From the NCBI GenBank assembly GCA_017461635.1, contig JAFTXK010000099.1, positions 1-42,368 of the forward strand: a stretch of DNA of 42,368 bases, in the 5' to 3' direction. The position numbers were made by a program, and so were the translations under genes. Of the stretch, positions 28,093 to 37,991 are shown in pieces. Source of the DNA: Clostridia bacterium. Its GTDB lineage: Bacteria > Bacillota > Clostridia > Oscillospirales > CAG-272. The notes below the pieces were generated by a model, which was not told the DNA's origin, made no database searches, and saw only the letters and a list, made by a program, of their open reading frames with translations. Position 1 is the stretch's first letter, and every line of letters begins with the position of its first letter.

Positions 28093-28860
28093 TCAGTTGT
28101 TTTCGCCTGAATCAGCATTTCCGCCGAGCTTAGCATACTGCTTCTGCTCATAGGAATCATTTGCCGAGTAATTTCCGTAGGGCTTGTCATAATAGCGTTT
28201 TCCAAGCATGTAAGATTTATAGGAATAATGTGCGGATTCAGCCATATTGAGTACGGCACCTATAATGTGGCAGCCGCTTCTTGTAAGCTGAGCCTTGATG
28301 CTCTGAAGCGTACGGTAGCTGACATGGTTTGCGGCAACATTGAGAATAACGCCGTCGCATTGCGCCGCTATTACCGCCGCATCGATAACGAGCCCCAGAG
28401 GAGGAGTATCGATAATTATGTAGTCAAATACAGAACGGTAATATTCGAGCATTTCGGAAAAACGCTTGCTTCCGATAAGCTCAACAGGATTTGGCGGATA
28501 CGGGCCTGCAAAGGCAATATAGAAATCTGGATACTGTGTGCCGTAAACGATCTCATCGCATTCAGCCTGTCCGGAAAGATAATGGCTCAGACCGAGAAGA
28601 TCCTGCTCCTCGATATGCTTTTCCGCAAGAACGGATTTGCGCAGGTCGCTGTCAATGAGAAGAACCTTTTTGCCGGATTCGGCAAGGCTCTTGGAAAGCT
28701 CAAGAGAAACAAAGCTCTTGCCCTCATTCTGAGTGGAGCTGGTAATAGCGATCACCTTGGTATCCGAACCGCTGAAAAGAACATTGGTTCTGAGAGTTTT
28801 AAAGGCCTCTTTGACCTCATAGCGTTCGGGGGTTTTAGTTATTAAATTAACTGTATTCAT
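28093..28860 (-). CDS. cpsD: CpsD/CapB family tyrosine-protein kinase (BY-kinase)
   Basis: EAFKTLRTN, TSSTQNEGKS, LLIDSDLRK and IIIDTPP motifs; Tyr-rich C-terminus. Confidence 0.92.
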   Translation of the reverse strand: MNTVNLITKTPERYEVKEAFKTLRTNVLFSGSDTKVIAITSSTQNEGKSFVSLELSKSLAESGKKVLLIDSDLRKSVLAEKHIEEQDLLGLSHYLSGQAECDEIVYGTQYPDFYIAFAGPYPPNPVELIGSKRFSEMLEYYRSVFDYIIIDTPPLGLVIDAAVIAAQCDGVILNVAANHVSYRTLQSIKAQLTRSGCHIIGAVLNMAESAHYSYKSYMLGKRYYDKPYGNYSANDSYEQKQYAKLGGNADSGENN

Positions 28861-28921
28861 ATGTTTATAATTTATCGCTTGCGCGGCGAAATCCTTTCGT
28901 AGAATATTGAAGTTAAAAAAT

Positions 28922-29704
28922 TTATTTGCGCGAGGCTTTCTTTTTTGCCGATTTTTTGCTCTTGTTCTTCGGACGTCTCAGCATAGAAATATCGGGAATA
29001 GAACCGAGAACGCATACGCCAAGCGCTTTTTCAATATCTTCTGTGGTTCTGACATTGTCATTGAACATATGAACGAGTACGACTATAGCCGCGGAGATAA
29101 CAACACCTGCGAGAACGGCAAGAATGATGTTAGTGCTCATCACGGGACTGGAGGGGGCAGAGGGGATCTCGCCCAGCTCTTCGATGGTAATATCCTCAAC
29201 ACCCATGATCTCAATAGCCATTTTTCTCGATACCTTTGCAAAGGCATCAACGAGAAGCTTGGCTCTCACTGGATCTTTATCCGTAACGGTAATATCAACG
29301 AAACGTGTCTCATTATTATCAAGAGAAATCTGACCGCCGAGGGTCTTGTAATTAGCGGGATCCTCGCCTACTGTTGTGAGGACCTGGCGATATACCTCAT
29401 TGCTCTTGATAAGGATCTTGAAGTCATCCTTAAGTGTAACGGCACTGTTAAGGTCGTTTATCGAAGTTGCCATTGAGCTTTGCCTGTTAAGTATGTAAAC
29501 TCTGGCAGTGGAGCGGTACATGGGAGTTGCGAGCTCAGCCGTATAGAAATAAGCTCCTACGGCGGCGATGAGACCGACCAGTATAAGTATCCATAATTTG
29601 CTCATGATAACGGCGATAAGCTCACCGATAGTAACTTCGTATTTGCTTTTTTCTTCAGTCTCAAGTCCGGACCCGAGAATAAACTTGTTGTTTTCAGCGT
29701 TCAC
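28922..29704 (-). CDS. cpsC: CpsC/Wzz-type polysaccharide co-polymerase / BY-kinase activator
   Basis: Two TM helices; TPMYRSTARVYI, PSAPSSP and NVRTTEDIEKALGVCVLGSIP. Confidence 0.88.
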   Translation of the reverse strand: MNAENNKFILGSGLETEEKSKYEVTIGELIAVIMSKLWILILVGLIAAVGAYFYTAELATPMYRSTARVYILNRQSSMATSINDLNSAVTLKDDFKILIKSNEVYRQVLTTVGEDPANYKTLGGQISLDNNETRFVDITVTDKDPVRAKLLVDAFAKVSRKMAIEIMGVEDITIEELGEIPSAPSSPVMSTNIILAVLAGVVISAAIVVLVHMFNDNVRTTEDIEKALGVCVLGSIPDISMLRRPKNKSKKSAKKKASRK

Positions 29705-29760
29705 TTTTTTGTACCTCGTAACATAAAGTTATAATATTTTTTGATGATTTTATATGAGTA

Positions 29761-29789
29761 ATTATAACATAAACCCGAGCCGAATGCAA
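29761..29789 (-). promoter_or_regulatory. Sigma-A promoter for cpsC-cpsD
   Basis: TTGCAT-17 bp-TATAAT with extended TG. Confidence 0.7.
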
Positions 29790-29889
29790 CAGTTTTTACA
29801 AAAAAATAAAAAAAACAAGAAAAAACCGATGTGAAATTAAAAAAATATAAAATTTTTTGACAAAAAATCTTATAAAAGTCGATCATCGC

Positions 29890-29918
29890 TTGACATTGGA
29901 AGAAAAATGTGTTATTAT
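29890..29918 (+). promoter_or_regulatory. Sigma-A promoter for the SLH gene
   Basis: TTGACA-17 bp-TATTAT with extended TG; A-tracts upstream. Confidence 0.75.
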
Positions 29919-30010
29919 AAATAATAAATTCCGTTATTGGGGAGAAAATGCGTAAAAGTGCAGAAGTAAATTCCGAGAAAAAATGCTTTTAAGTATTTTT
30001 TGCCGAAAAC

Positions 30011-30038
30011 GGAAACATTTTTCGATATTGTCCGTCTA
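30011..30038 (+). promoter_or_regulatory. Candidate ECF-sigma promoter for the SLH gene
   Basis: GGAAAC-16 bp-CGTCTA, about 45 nt before the ATG. Confidence 0.45.
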
Positions 30039-30082
30039 AATAAAAGGGCAAATCCAAAAAGAAAATTTACGGAGGTAAAATT

Positions 30083-33000
30083 ATGAGAAAAACAATCACA
30101 AGAGCATTTTCGGCAATTCTTTGCTTTGTAATGCTCGCAACCTGCGCTCTCTCAGCATCGGCTGCGGGAGACTTCTCCGATGTTAAGAGCAGTGACTGGT
30201 ACTACGATTATGTCACCTACATGTCGGATAAGGGTATCATCAGCGGTTATACCGATGACACGTTCAGACCCAATAGATACGTTACCCGTTCCGAGTTCAT
30301 CAAGATGATGGTTGAGACCTTCGGTCTTACAGCCGAGGCATCCATCAGCTATAATGATGTTGATGAAGATATCTGGTATTATGATTATTACCGCAAGGCA
30401 GCGGCACAGGGCTTCCTTGGCGAGGTCTTCACAGGAAGAACCATGCGCCCCACAGAAGATCTGACCCGTGAAGAGGCGGCAGCTCTCCTCATGGCATATC
30501 TTGCTTATCCCGAGGATGAAAAGGCATCTTCCTCCGAGTTCGCGGATTACAGCGATATCTCTTCCGCATATAGAGACTATGTTCTTCAGGCTGTTGAAGC
30601 AGGTATCATCGTGGGCTTTGATGAAGGCGATGAATTTACATTCCGTCCCGATTCAACACTTACACGTGCACAGGCTGCAAAGATCCTTGCGGTTGCCGCA
30701 GGTACAATTGCGGATGCCGGCGTAAGCAACAGCCTTGAATTTGACGAGAGCGATAATCTCGTTGTAACAAAGGCATGCACCATCAGAAATCTTGATATCC
30801 CCGGTAATGTCATCATCAGCGAAGGCGTTACAAGCGGAACAGTAAACTTTGTAAACTGCGAGATAGAGGGTACAGTTTCTAACCGCAGTAAGGCAACTGT
30901 AGCATTCTCAGGCGGTTCTGTTGAAATTCTGGATCTTGATGTTGCTTCCGCTTCTGTTGAGCTTAAGCAGTCTGCAGAGATCGCAGAGCTTAATGCATAT
31001 TTCTCAGGTGCTTCCGTAGAGTTCTTCACCAATGCACTTGTTGAAGAATTTAATGTTGTAAGCGGATCTACCGGTGTCAGCGTATCCGGAAGCGGCGAGA
31101 TCGAAACTCTTACCATTGAGGCTAATTCCTTTACATCCACCATCACTCCCGAAGACTGTCAGATAGACAGCGGTGTTTCCGCAACAGTCGGCGGAGTTGC
31201 ATATAAGGACGGCGTAAAGGGTAATATCGAAGTTCTCTGGGCAGATGACAGCGAGTTCATCGTATTCGAAACATATAAGAGCGGTTCTGTCCGTTATTAT
31301 TATACCGCGTCATCAAGCGCACCCTCTAAGACCAATTTCACAACAAATTATAATAATGCCGCAAATAAGGCAAGCCTTACAGCTACAGCAGGCAAAAAGT
31401 ATACCGAGGCTATCGACGGAGTTTCCACAAGCCTTGATGATTTCCCCTATATCGTAGCTGCTCTTGTCGACGGCTCTACCGTTACAAGCACTCCCATCGT
31501 TATCAACCGTGAGGGCTCCAAGTATGGCTTTACCGTAATGCCCACACTCACCATCAGCACTACAAATGATGTTGTTAAGTGCACTCCCGCAGTTGCAGGA
31601 ACTCTCTATTATTATTATACAAATGATTCAACCGTTCCCGCAACCTTTGCTGCTGCTCAGAATGCTTATAAGGCAACCGCAAGCACCGTTAAGGGTACAA
31701 TAGATTGCTCTGCATCTTCTGTAAGCAAGACCACAAAGGCAGTTACCGCCGTTGAGGAATATGCATATTGCGTATTTTATTATCTCGGTGATAACGAAAT
31801 GCAGTATCAGCCCATCCTTCTTGAAAGACCCTATATGACAAACGGACTTTCAAATGAGCCCTATATCCTTATTTCCGAGAAGGCTGACGGCAAGGATACC
31901 CTTGTTATCAAGGCTCCTACCTCCGGCACAGTTAAGGTGCTTTATACAAACAGCACTCTGAATTATACAATTTCCAGCTTCACAACTGCATATAATTCCG
32001 CAAATGTAACTCCCGCGGCAGGCGAGGTCAAGCTGGCATATTCAGGCAGTGTAAGCGCAAATAAGGAAGTAAGCATCTCTCTTGCAAAGAGTACCGATAT
32101 CGATAAGGAAGGCTATAAGTACGCTATCGTACAGTATGGCAGCAACCTGCCCTTCAGAGTTGCAAGAATCACTGATGTCGACGGTTTCGAGAGCGATACT
32201 CTTCCCACAGTTCTCAAGACCACCGATAAGGATATCATCGTATTTACACCCATAAGCGATGCGGCTTACGGAAATTCCGTTAAGTATATGTATATCAGCA
32301 CCAATAAGAGCTTTACACCCGAAAGCTTTGAAACGACCTATAAGACCATTGCGGATAACGTAAAGAAAGAGATCTCTGTTTCATCCGGTATAATGGTAGA
32401 GGACAAGTCCGAAAAGCAGAGCTCCAATATCAGCGAGCAGTATGTTGCTTTCATGTATATCGGCTCTAACGGTGCTCATCAGCCTGTAACCGTAGCCCGC
32501 GGCGCAGTCGGAAACGGCTTCGTAGGCACACCCACAGCTTCCTATGATGTTGATAAGGCGAATGCAACCCTCACATTTAATGCTAAGGTTCCTTTCGATC
32601 TCCAGTATTTCGTTGTCGAAAAGAATACATACAGCACCGATTCTCTTGCTCATATGTTCGATACAGGCAGAGATAACGATAATAAGGATATCGCTATTAA
32701 TACCATCTATAAGAAGGATGTTGACCAGGGCGAGAACAAGATATCTCTTACAACAATAGCAAAGGCAGATAAGTATATCGCTCTCAGAGCTAAGGATACA
32801 AATATCAAGTATACTCCAATTATCATCAGCATTTCAACCGTTGATGACGGTATCAAGGGCGGAGATGTTCCTTCCATCAGCTTCTTCAGCAGCGATGGAA
32901 ATATCCATATCACTATCAATGCTTCCACAGATGCACTGGGCGATACCTTTGAGTATTATTATACAAAGATTAAGCCCGAGACCACAGCAAATTATAATAC

Positions 33001-33532
33001 CATCTTTAAGGGATCTGATCCTTCCGGTTCTTATAAGATCACATCAAATGATTCCTCGCTCACCTTTGAGGCAGGAAGATGGCTCGATATGGCAGATTAT
33101 GTATATCTTGCATACAGAGTTGTTGATAACAGCGGAAACAGCATGACACCCGGTTATGTAACTCTGCCTATCGACTACCGTGCAAATGCACATATCATAC
33201 ATGATAGCAATGAGCAGGGCAAGATCCTTGTTGCGCCTGTTGATACAGCGAAGTATACCGTTTACTGGTTCTATAGCCCCACCAAGCTGAACCTTACAAA
33301 CGATAACTATGCTTCCACATACAGCAACTATTCTTACAGATACAACAGAAACTATAAGAATATTGAGGCTGAAGTTGCTAACGATCAAGATAATCCCGAG
33401 GTTATCATCACTGATTTCACACAGCCTGCTGACGGCAAGACCGTATATAAGTATATTTACGTTTGCCTGAAGGATGCTAATAATAAATATTATCAGCCTG
33501 TTGAATTGGTAGTACCCGGTACAGAATCCTAA
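30083..33532 (+). CDS. S-layer homology (3x SLH) surface protein with ~7 tandem beta-rich repeats
   Basis: Signal peptide ending ASA; FSDVKSSDWYY, GIISGYTDDTFRPN and TRSEF/TREEA/TRAQA motifs; GGAGGT RBS. Confidence 0.9.
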   Translation: MRKTITRAFSAILCFVMLATCALSASAAGDFSDVKSSDWYYDYVTYMSDKGIISGYTDDTFRPNRYVTRSEFIKMMVETFGLTAEASISYNDVDEDIWYYDYYRKAAAQGFLGEVFTGRTMRPTEDLTREEAAALLMAYLAYPEDEKASSSEFADYSDISSAYRDYVLQAVEAGIIVGFDEGDEFTFRPDSTLTRAQAAKILAVAAGTIADAGVSNSLEFDESDNLVVTKACTIRNLDIPGNVIISEGVTSGTVNFVNCEIEGTVSNRSKATVAFSGGSVEILDLDVASASVELKQSAEIAELNAYFSGASVEFFTNALVEEFNVVSGSTGVSVSGSGEIETLTIEANSFTSTITPEDCQIDSGVSATVGGVAYKDGVKGNIEVLWADDSEFIVFETYKSGSVRYYYTASSSAPSKTNFTTNYNNAANKASLTATAGKKYTEAIDGVSTSLDDFPYIVAALVDGSTVTSTPIVINREGSKYGFTVMPTLTISTTNDVVKCTPAVAGTLYYYYTNDSTVPATFAAAQNAYKATASTVKGTIDCSASSVSKTTKAVTAVEEYAYCVFYYLGDNEMQYQPILLERPYMTNGLSNEPYILISEKADGKDTLVIKAPTSGTVKVLYTNSTLNYTISSFTTAYNSANVTPAAGEVKLAYSGSVSANKEVSISLAKSTDIDKEGYKYAIVQYGSNLPFRVARITDVDGFESDTLPTVLKTTDKDIIVFTPISDAAYGNSVKYMYISTNKSFTPESFETTYKTIADNVKKEISVSSGIMVEDKSEKQSSNISEQYVAFMYIGSNGAHQPVTVARGAVGNGFVGTPTASYDVDKANATLTFNAKVPFDLQYFVVEKNTYSTDSLAHMFDTGRDNDNKDIAINTIYKKDVDQGENKISLTTIAKADKYIALRAKDTNIKYTPIIISISTVDDGIKGGDVPSISFFSSDGNIHITINASTDALGDTFEYYYTKIKPETTANYNTIFKGSDPSGSYKITSNDSSLTFEAGRWLDMADYVYLAYRVVDNSGNSMTPGYVTLPIDYRANAHIIHDSNEQGKILVAPVDTAKYTVYWFYSPTKLNLTNDNYASTYSNYSYRYNRNYKNIEAEVANDQDNPEVIITDFTQPADGKTVYKYIYVCLKDANNKYYQPVELVVPGTES

Positions 33533-33541
33533 AATAAAATC

Positions 33542-33572
33542 AGGATGCCGCGCATTGCGCGGCATCCTTTTT
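33542..33572 (+). terminator. Intrinsic terminator after the SLH gene (possibly bidirectional)
   Basis: aggatgccgcgca-t-tgcgcggcatcct followed by a T run. Confidence 0.85.
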
Positions 33573-33578
33573 ATATGT

Positions 33579-35153
33579 TTAATATATCATAATAAACTGC
33601 CTTCCGGAAATGTCTTCATTCCCTTTAAGCGAGGGAAGATCATTCATTTCTGCAATAGATCTCAGCGAAGTGCCGAATTTTTTTGCCACAGTCCAAAGTG
33701 TTTCGCCTTTTTCGGGATAATATACCGTAATGCCCGAATTGCTGTCGTCATTGTTCTCCTGAGAACGAATACTGTCTGCTATCCTGATGCATTCCTCGCT
33801 CATGAGACAGTAGGAGATAGATATCTCCGCCTCGCATATAGCCTTGTCTCCTTCGATCCTGCATCGAGCGGAATTTACCGTAGGCTTGGCACTGAGCGAG
33901 ATCTTCTTTCCCGTAATATCCGCTCCCGTGTCAAGTGCAAATGGAATCGAGATCTCTCCCGATGCATATTCGCCGCCGTTTCTCGAAAGAACCCAGAGCT
34001 TGATATTTCCGCCGATAATACCGTTTCTGCCGTTTTGAGAAAGCCCCTCAATGCGAACCGAGGCATTCCTGTCAAGTATCTCACTACCCTCGGAGAGTGA
34101 AAGGTCGCTAAGGGGGAAGCTTTCGGCAACCGTCACCGTTCCGTTTCCGCATTTTTCAAGCGCTTCATATTTAAAATCCCTGTAATCAACAGTGCTATCC
34201 ATGCCGGGAACAAAAAGATCCTCAGTGACCGTTACAGCGGTCGTCACAGCGGTATCGGCTTCAAGAATAACTTCGGTGTCGATGAGATATCTGTTCTCAC
34301 TGTTGTTCAGACGTATCTCTCCGCATATTCCCCTTATATTGTGAGATGTCTGCTCACCGCCGTTCTCTGCCGAGAGCTCGATATCATGCGTAAAGGGGAT
34401 CTTTTTTGTGTAAGAACCGATCTCGCCTGTCTCCTTGTTCTCCATTAAAGTCTCGGATATGACCTCTCCGCGGCAGTTAAGACGGTTTTCTCCTCTGCTT
34501 ACATCTGTGATATTGACGTTTCCACGGCTGATTATCGGGCGCATGTTTTCCGTACTGCCGCTGACGGTTATCTCATCGCTGAGCTCAATGACCTCGCTCA
34601 TATTTCTATAAAATGCAGTGCATTTCGGCTCGGAAATCAGCTTTTCGGAGCTCTGAGAGCTTCCTCTGAGACCTGCATCGGTTTCATCATAGCCGTAAGC
34701 GCGTACGAGAGCATGGAGACGGCATTTAACATTGACCTTTCGGGGAGCGGTTACTCTGACATGAAGCATGTCTGCATTTATATCGGCAAAGGCGTCTCCC
34801 CCGGAGCTCCAATCGATGTGAGAAGGCACTTCGGGTTGAACCTCAAAGCTGAAATCCTCTCCCAGCGGTACTGAAGCAAGCTCACCGTCGGATGTGCAGT
34901 AGATGAGATCATAATCAATGCGTCCCGAAAACTCTATGCTGTTTCCTATGTATCGGGAGATAGGAGATATCTTTGAGGTGACTCCAAGCATTTTTCTTAT
35001 CTCGGGCAGATAATCCGGAAGGGTAAAATCAGAGGAAAGCTCTGTTCCGGCGTTCTTTTCAAAGAATTTGACCCTGATTCTGTCATTTTCGGGCGTAAGC
35101 GTAAATTCGGTAGGAATTCCGAAGCGTTCAGTATTTTTGTTTTCCATTGCCAA
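33579..35153 (-). CDS. SPOCS (DUF3794) + C-terminal LysM protein, SipL-like spore coat morphogenetic protein
   Basis: DFTLPDYLPEIRKML at the N-terminus; C-terminal VYYPEKGETLWTVAKKFGTS...IAEMN LysM; 524 aa. Confidence 0.78.
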   Translation of the reverse strand: MAMENKNTERFGIPTEFTLTPENDRIRVKFFEKNAGTELSSDFTLPDYLPEIRKMLGVTSKISPISRYIGNSIEFSGRIDYDLIYCTSDGELASVPLGEDFSFEVQPEVPSHIDWSSGGDAFADINADMLHVRVTAPRKVNVKCRLHALVRAYGYDETDAGLRGSSQSSEKLISEPKCTAFYRNMSEVIELSDEITVSGSTENMRPIISRGNVNITDVSRGENRLNCRGEVISETLMENKETGEIGSYTKKIPFTHDIELSAENGGEQTSHNIRGICGEIRLNNSENRYLIDTEVILEADTAVTTAVTVTEDLFVPGMDSTVDYRDFKYEALEKCGNGTVTVAESFPLSDLSLSEGSEILDRNASVRIEGLSQNGRNGIIGGNIKLWVLSRNGGEYASGEISIPFALDTGADITGKKISLSAKPTVNSARCRIEGDKAICEAEISISYCLMSEECIRIADSIRSQENNDDSNSGITVYYPEKGETLWTVAKKFGTSLRSIAEMNDLPSLKGNEDISGRQFIMIY

Positions 35154-35181
35154 AATCCTCCTGCGTTATCTTTTTACTAAA

Positions 35182-35209
35182 ATCTATGCGAAATTCTATT
35201 TTCTCATGA
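35182..35209 (-). promoter_or_regulatory. Candidate mother-cell sigma-E promoter
   Basis: tcATG-16 bp-CATAGAT upstream of the coat gene, resembling the sigma-E consensus ATa...CATAnanT. Confidence 0.5.
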
Positions 35210-35228
35210 CAAAATACTCATATAAATA

Positions 35229-35257
35229 TTGCTTTTTTTCGTGAGTTGTGATATACT
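35229..35257 (+). promoter_or_regulatory. Sigma-A promoter for the SGNH-lipid kinase-phosphoesterase operon
   Basis: TTGCTT-17 bp-TATACT with extended TG. Confidence 0.65.
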
Positions 35258-35286
35258 ATTTAAAATAGAAAAATTTCGGAGGGCTT

Positions 35287-36360
35287 ATGATACTCGCAAA
35301 GGTTGATAAAAATTTTGCATTTGAAACAAGCATAGATCGAGATGATATAGTCTGGTTCAGCATAAGAGAAGAACCGTTTGAAATTTACGGTCTTTATGAC
35401 CCGAAAAATTCAGAAAAATTTTGCAGAATGCCCGCCGATGTTGCCAAAAATGTCAGCGCAAATGTCAGCGGACTTAATTATAATACCGCTGGCGGAAGAG
35501 TAAGATTTTCAACCGATTCTCCCTATGTGGCAATTAAAACTGTTCAGAATTTTAGTCACAACTCTCGTATGACACATGCGATGGAGAGCGGCTTTGACCT
35601 TTATTCAATGAAGAACGGACATTCATCCTTCGTTACTTCTTTTATTCCTTCGGTAGATGCAGTAGTAGGCTTCGAACGGCTTAAGGAAACATATAACAGC
35701 GGAGAAATGACTGCCTATACCTTGAATTTTCCGCTTTACGGCGGGGCGAAAGAGGTCTACATAGGCATAAAAGAGGGCTCGCATCTTGCAAAGGGAGAAA
35801 AATATCTGGATATTAAGCCTGTTGTTTATTATGGCTCCTCCATAACCCAGGGCGGCTGTGCATCCCGTCCGGGTAACTGCTATCAGGCAATAATTTCCGA
35901 GAGATATAATATCGATTATATCAATCTCGGCTTTTCGGGAAATTGCAAGGCTGAGATTCCCATGGCAGAATATCTGAGCGGGCTTGATATGAGCATTTTT
36001 GTTTGCGACTATGACCATAATGCACAGACTGTCGATTATCTTGCATCCACCCATCGCCGCCTCTATGATATTTTCCGTGAGAAACAGCCGGATAAACCCT
36101 ATATTATGATATCAAAGCCGGATATATGGAGTTGGAACAGGAAAGACGGAGACAGGAGAAGGGAAATAATCTTCAAAACCTTCAGTGATGCAAGAGCCCT
36201 TGGCGATAAGAATGTATATTTCATTGACGGCAGATACCTCTTCGGATCGGATAACCGAGAAAACTGCACTATCGACGGCTGTCATCCAAACGATCTCGGC
36301 TTCTACCGCATGGCGGAGAATATAGGAATAGTTATAAAAGAGATACTCGAAAATTTCTGA
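35287..36360 (+). CDS. SGNH/GDSL hydrolase with N-terminal GxDLY domain
   Basis: SGFDLY, YGSSITQG, NLGFSGN, DYDHN and DGCHPNDLG motifs. Confidence 0.88.
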   Translation: MILAKVDKNFAFETSIDRDDIVWFSIREEPFEIYGLYDPKNSEKFCRMPADVAKNVSANVSGLNYNTAGGRVRFSTDSPYVAIKTVQNFSHNSRMTHAMESGFDLYSMKNGHSSFVTSFIPSVDAVVGFERLKETYNSGEMTAYTLNFPLYGGAKEVYIGIKEGSHLAKGEKYLDIKPVVYYGSSITQGGCASRPGNCYQAIISERYNIDYINLGFSGNCKAEIPMAEYLSGLDMSIFVCDYDHNAQTVDYLASTHRRLYDIFREKQPDKPYIMISKPDIWSWNRKDGDRRREIIFKTFSDARALGDKNVYFIDGRYLFGSDNRENCTIDGCHPNDLGFYRMAENIGIVIKEILENF

Positions 36361-36404
36361 GATTTTTCATGGATATCAAAAGCAAACAATGTGAGGGAAA
36401 ATCA

Positions 36405-37352
36405 GTGAAACATATTTTCATCATAAACCCCGCAGCAGGAAAGGGAGATTCCCTTGATAAGCTGGAATCGGATATCAAAAAAACAGCAGATGGCTGCGGT
36501 GCCGAATATGAAATATACCGATCAAAGAGCGTTGGCGATGCCGAGATATTTGTTAGGAACACATGCCTCGGCTCAGACGGTTCTCCTATCAGATTTTATG
36601 CCTGTGGCGGCGACGGCACTGTCAATGAGGTCTTCAACGGCACTGCAGGCTTCAATTTTGCAGAGGTAGGTATCCTGCCTATCGGTACGGGTAATGATTT
36701 CGTAAAAAACTTCGGTAATGCCGAAGCCTTTATGGATATCTCAGCTCAGCTTGGAGGCAAGGTTATCAGAATAGACGGTATCAAGGTCGGAGAACGCTAT
36801 GCCGTAAATATGGTGAATATGGGCTTTGACTGCTCGGTGGTCGAAACTGTGCAAAAGATAAAAAGACGTCCGTGGATATCCTCGGGAATGGCATATATCG
36901 CAGGCGTTGTCATCGAATTTGCCAAGATGCCGGGAGCAAAGCTGAAAAAGCTCGTTATCGACGGCAGAGAGATCGATGATCGTGAGCTTCAGCTCTGTAC
37001 CTTTGCAAACGGAGGCTTTTACGGAGGAGGCTTCCATAGCGCGCCTCTGGCAAAGCCGAATGACGGAATGATCGATGTTTGCTATGTCAAGCGAGTGTCA
37101 AGAATTCAGTTCGTCACAATGATCGGAAGCTATAAAAAAGGCACTCATCTTGAAAATGAGCGCATTATGAAGGTCGCCGAATATCACAAATGCAGAAGTG
37201 CCTGCATAGACTTTGAAGGCGAAACAAGTGTGTGTATCGACGGAGAGATCACAAAAATGAAAAGTCTTGAGCTTGAGCTTTGTCCTCATATGTTCGGTCT
37301 TGTTCTGCCTTTGGGTGCAGATTATGATGGCTCTCCGAAGGAGACAGAATGA
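36405..37352 (+). CDS. YegS/BmrU (diacylglycerol kinase family) lipid kinase
   Basis: IINPAAG, CGGDGT, PIGTGNDF, GFYGGG and IDGE motifs; GTG 36405 has a GAGG RBS (ATG 36369 is the alternative start). Confidence 0.9.
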   Translation: MKHIFIINPAAGKGDSLDKLESDIKKTADGCGAEYEIYRSKSVGDAEIFVRNTCLGSDGSPIRFYACGGDGTVNEVFNGTAGFNFAEVGILPIGTGNDFVKNFGNAEAFMDISAQLGGKVIRIDGIKVGERYAVNMVNMGFDCSVVETVQKIKRRPWISSGMAYIAGVVIEFAKMPGAKLKKLVIDGREIDDRELQLCTFANGGFYGGGFHSAPLAKPNDGMIDVCYVKRVSRIQFVTMIGSYKKGTHLENERIMKVAEYHKCRSACIDFEGETSVCIDGEITKMKSLELELCPHMFGLVLPLGADYDGSPKETE

Positions 37353-37873
37353 AGTTACTTGTGGTTTCGGATTCCCATGGTAAGGTGGAAAGACTGCGCC
37401 GCGCGGTAGAGCTGAATAAAGACGCCGATGCGATAATACATCTCGGTGACGGATATAACGATCTTCGGTATGTCGCCTTGCCCGATATTCCTGTATATAA
37501 GGTAAGAGGGAACGGCGAGGACTGGCTTAAAATGAGCGGAAATGATGTTCCCCGTGACCTTCTTCTTGAATTTGACGGCATTAAAATACTTATGATGCAT
37601 GGTCATACCCATTCGGTAAAAAGCGGCTTTGACCGAGCCATACGTTATGCACTTGATAAGGGCGCGGATCTGCTTCTCTTCGGACATACTCACGGAGCTA
37701 TCGAACGCTATATTCCGAAAGGAAGCGAAGTGGGCTTTGGAGAAGCCGAGAGGGATATCTATATCTTCAATCCCGGTAGCATCGGTGAGCCGCGCTTCGG
37801 AGAACCGAAATTCGGTCTTGTCACCATAAGAGAAGGGAAGCTTCTGCTCAGCCATGGAGAGATCGATCTTTAA
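37349..37873 (+). CDS. YfcE/MJ0936-family metallophosphoesterase
   Basis: SDSHG, HLGD, VRGN, MHGH, FGHTH and NPGS motifs. Confidence 0.9.
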   Translation: MKLLVVSDSHGKVERLRRAVELNKDADAIIHLGDGYNDLRYVALPDIPVYKVRGNGEDWLKMSGNDVPRDLLLEFDGIKILMMHGHTHSVKSGFDRAIRYALDKGADLLLFGHTHGAIERYIPKGSEVGFGEAERDIYIFNPGSIGEPRFGEPKFGLVTIREGKLLLSHGEIDL

Positions 37874-37875
37874 AT

Positions 37876-37904
37876 AAAAAACCGCCGCAGGTTGCCCCGC
37901 GGCG
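37876..37904 (-). terminator. Intrinsic terminator for spoVG
   Basis: Minus strand cgccgcggg-gcaa-cctgcggcg followed by a T run. Confidence 0.8.
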
Positions 37905-37991
37905 TAAAAGAAGAAAAAACGTTTGAAAATAAATTTTCAAACCTGGGATCGCGGATCTCTCCGCAAAACCCAAAATTATGAAGAAAACCTG

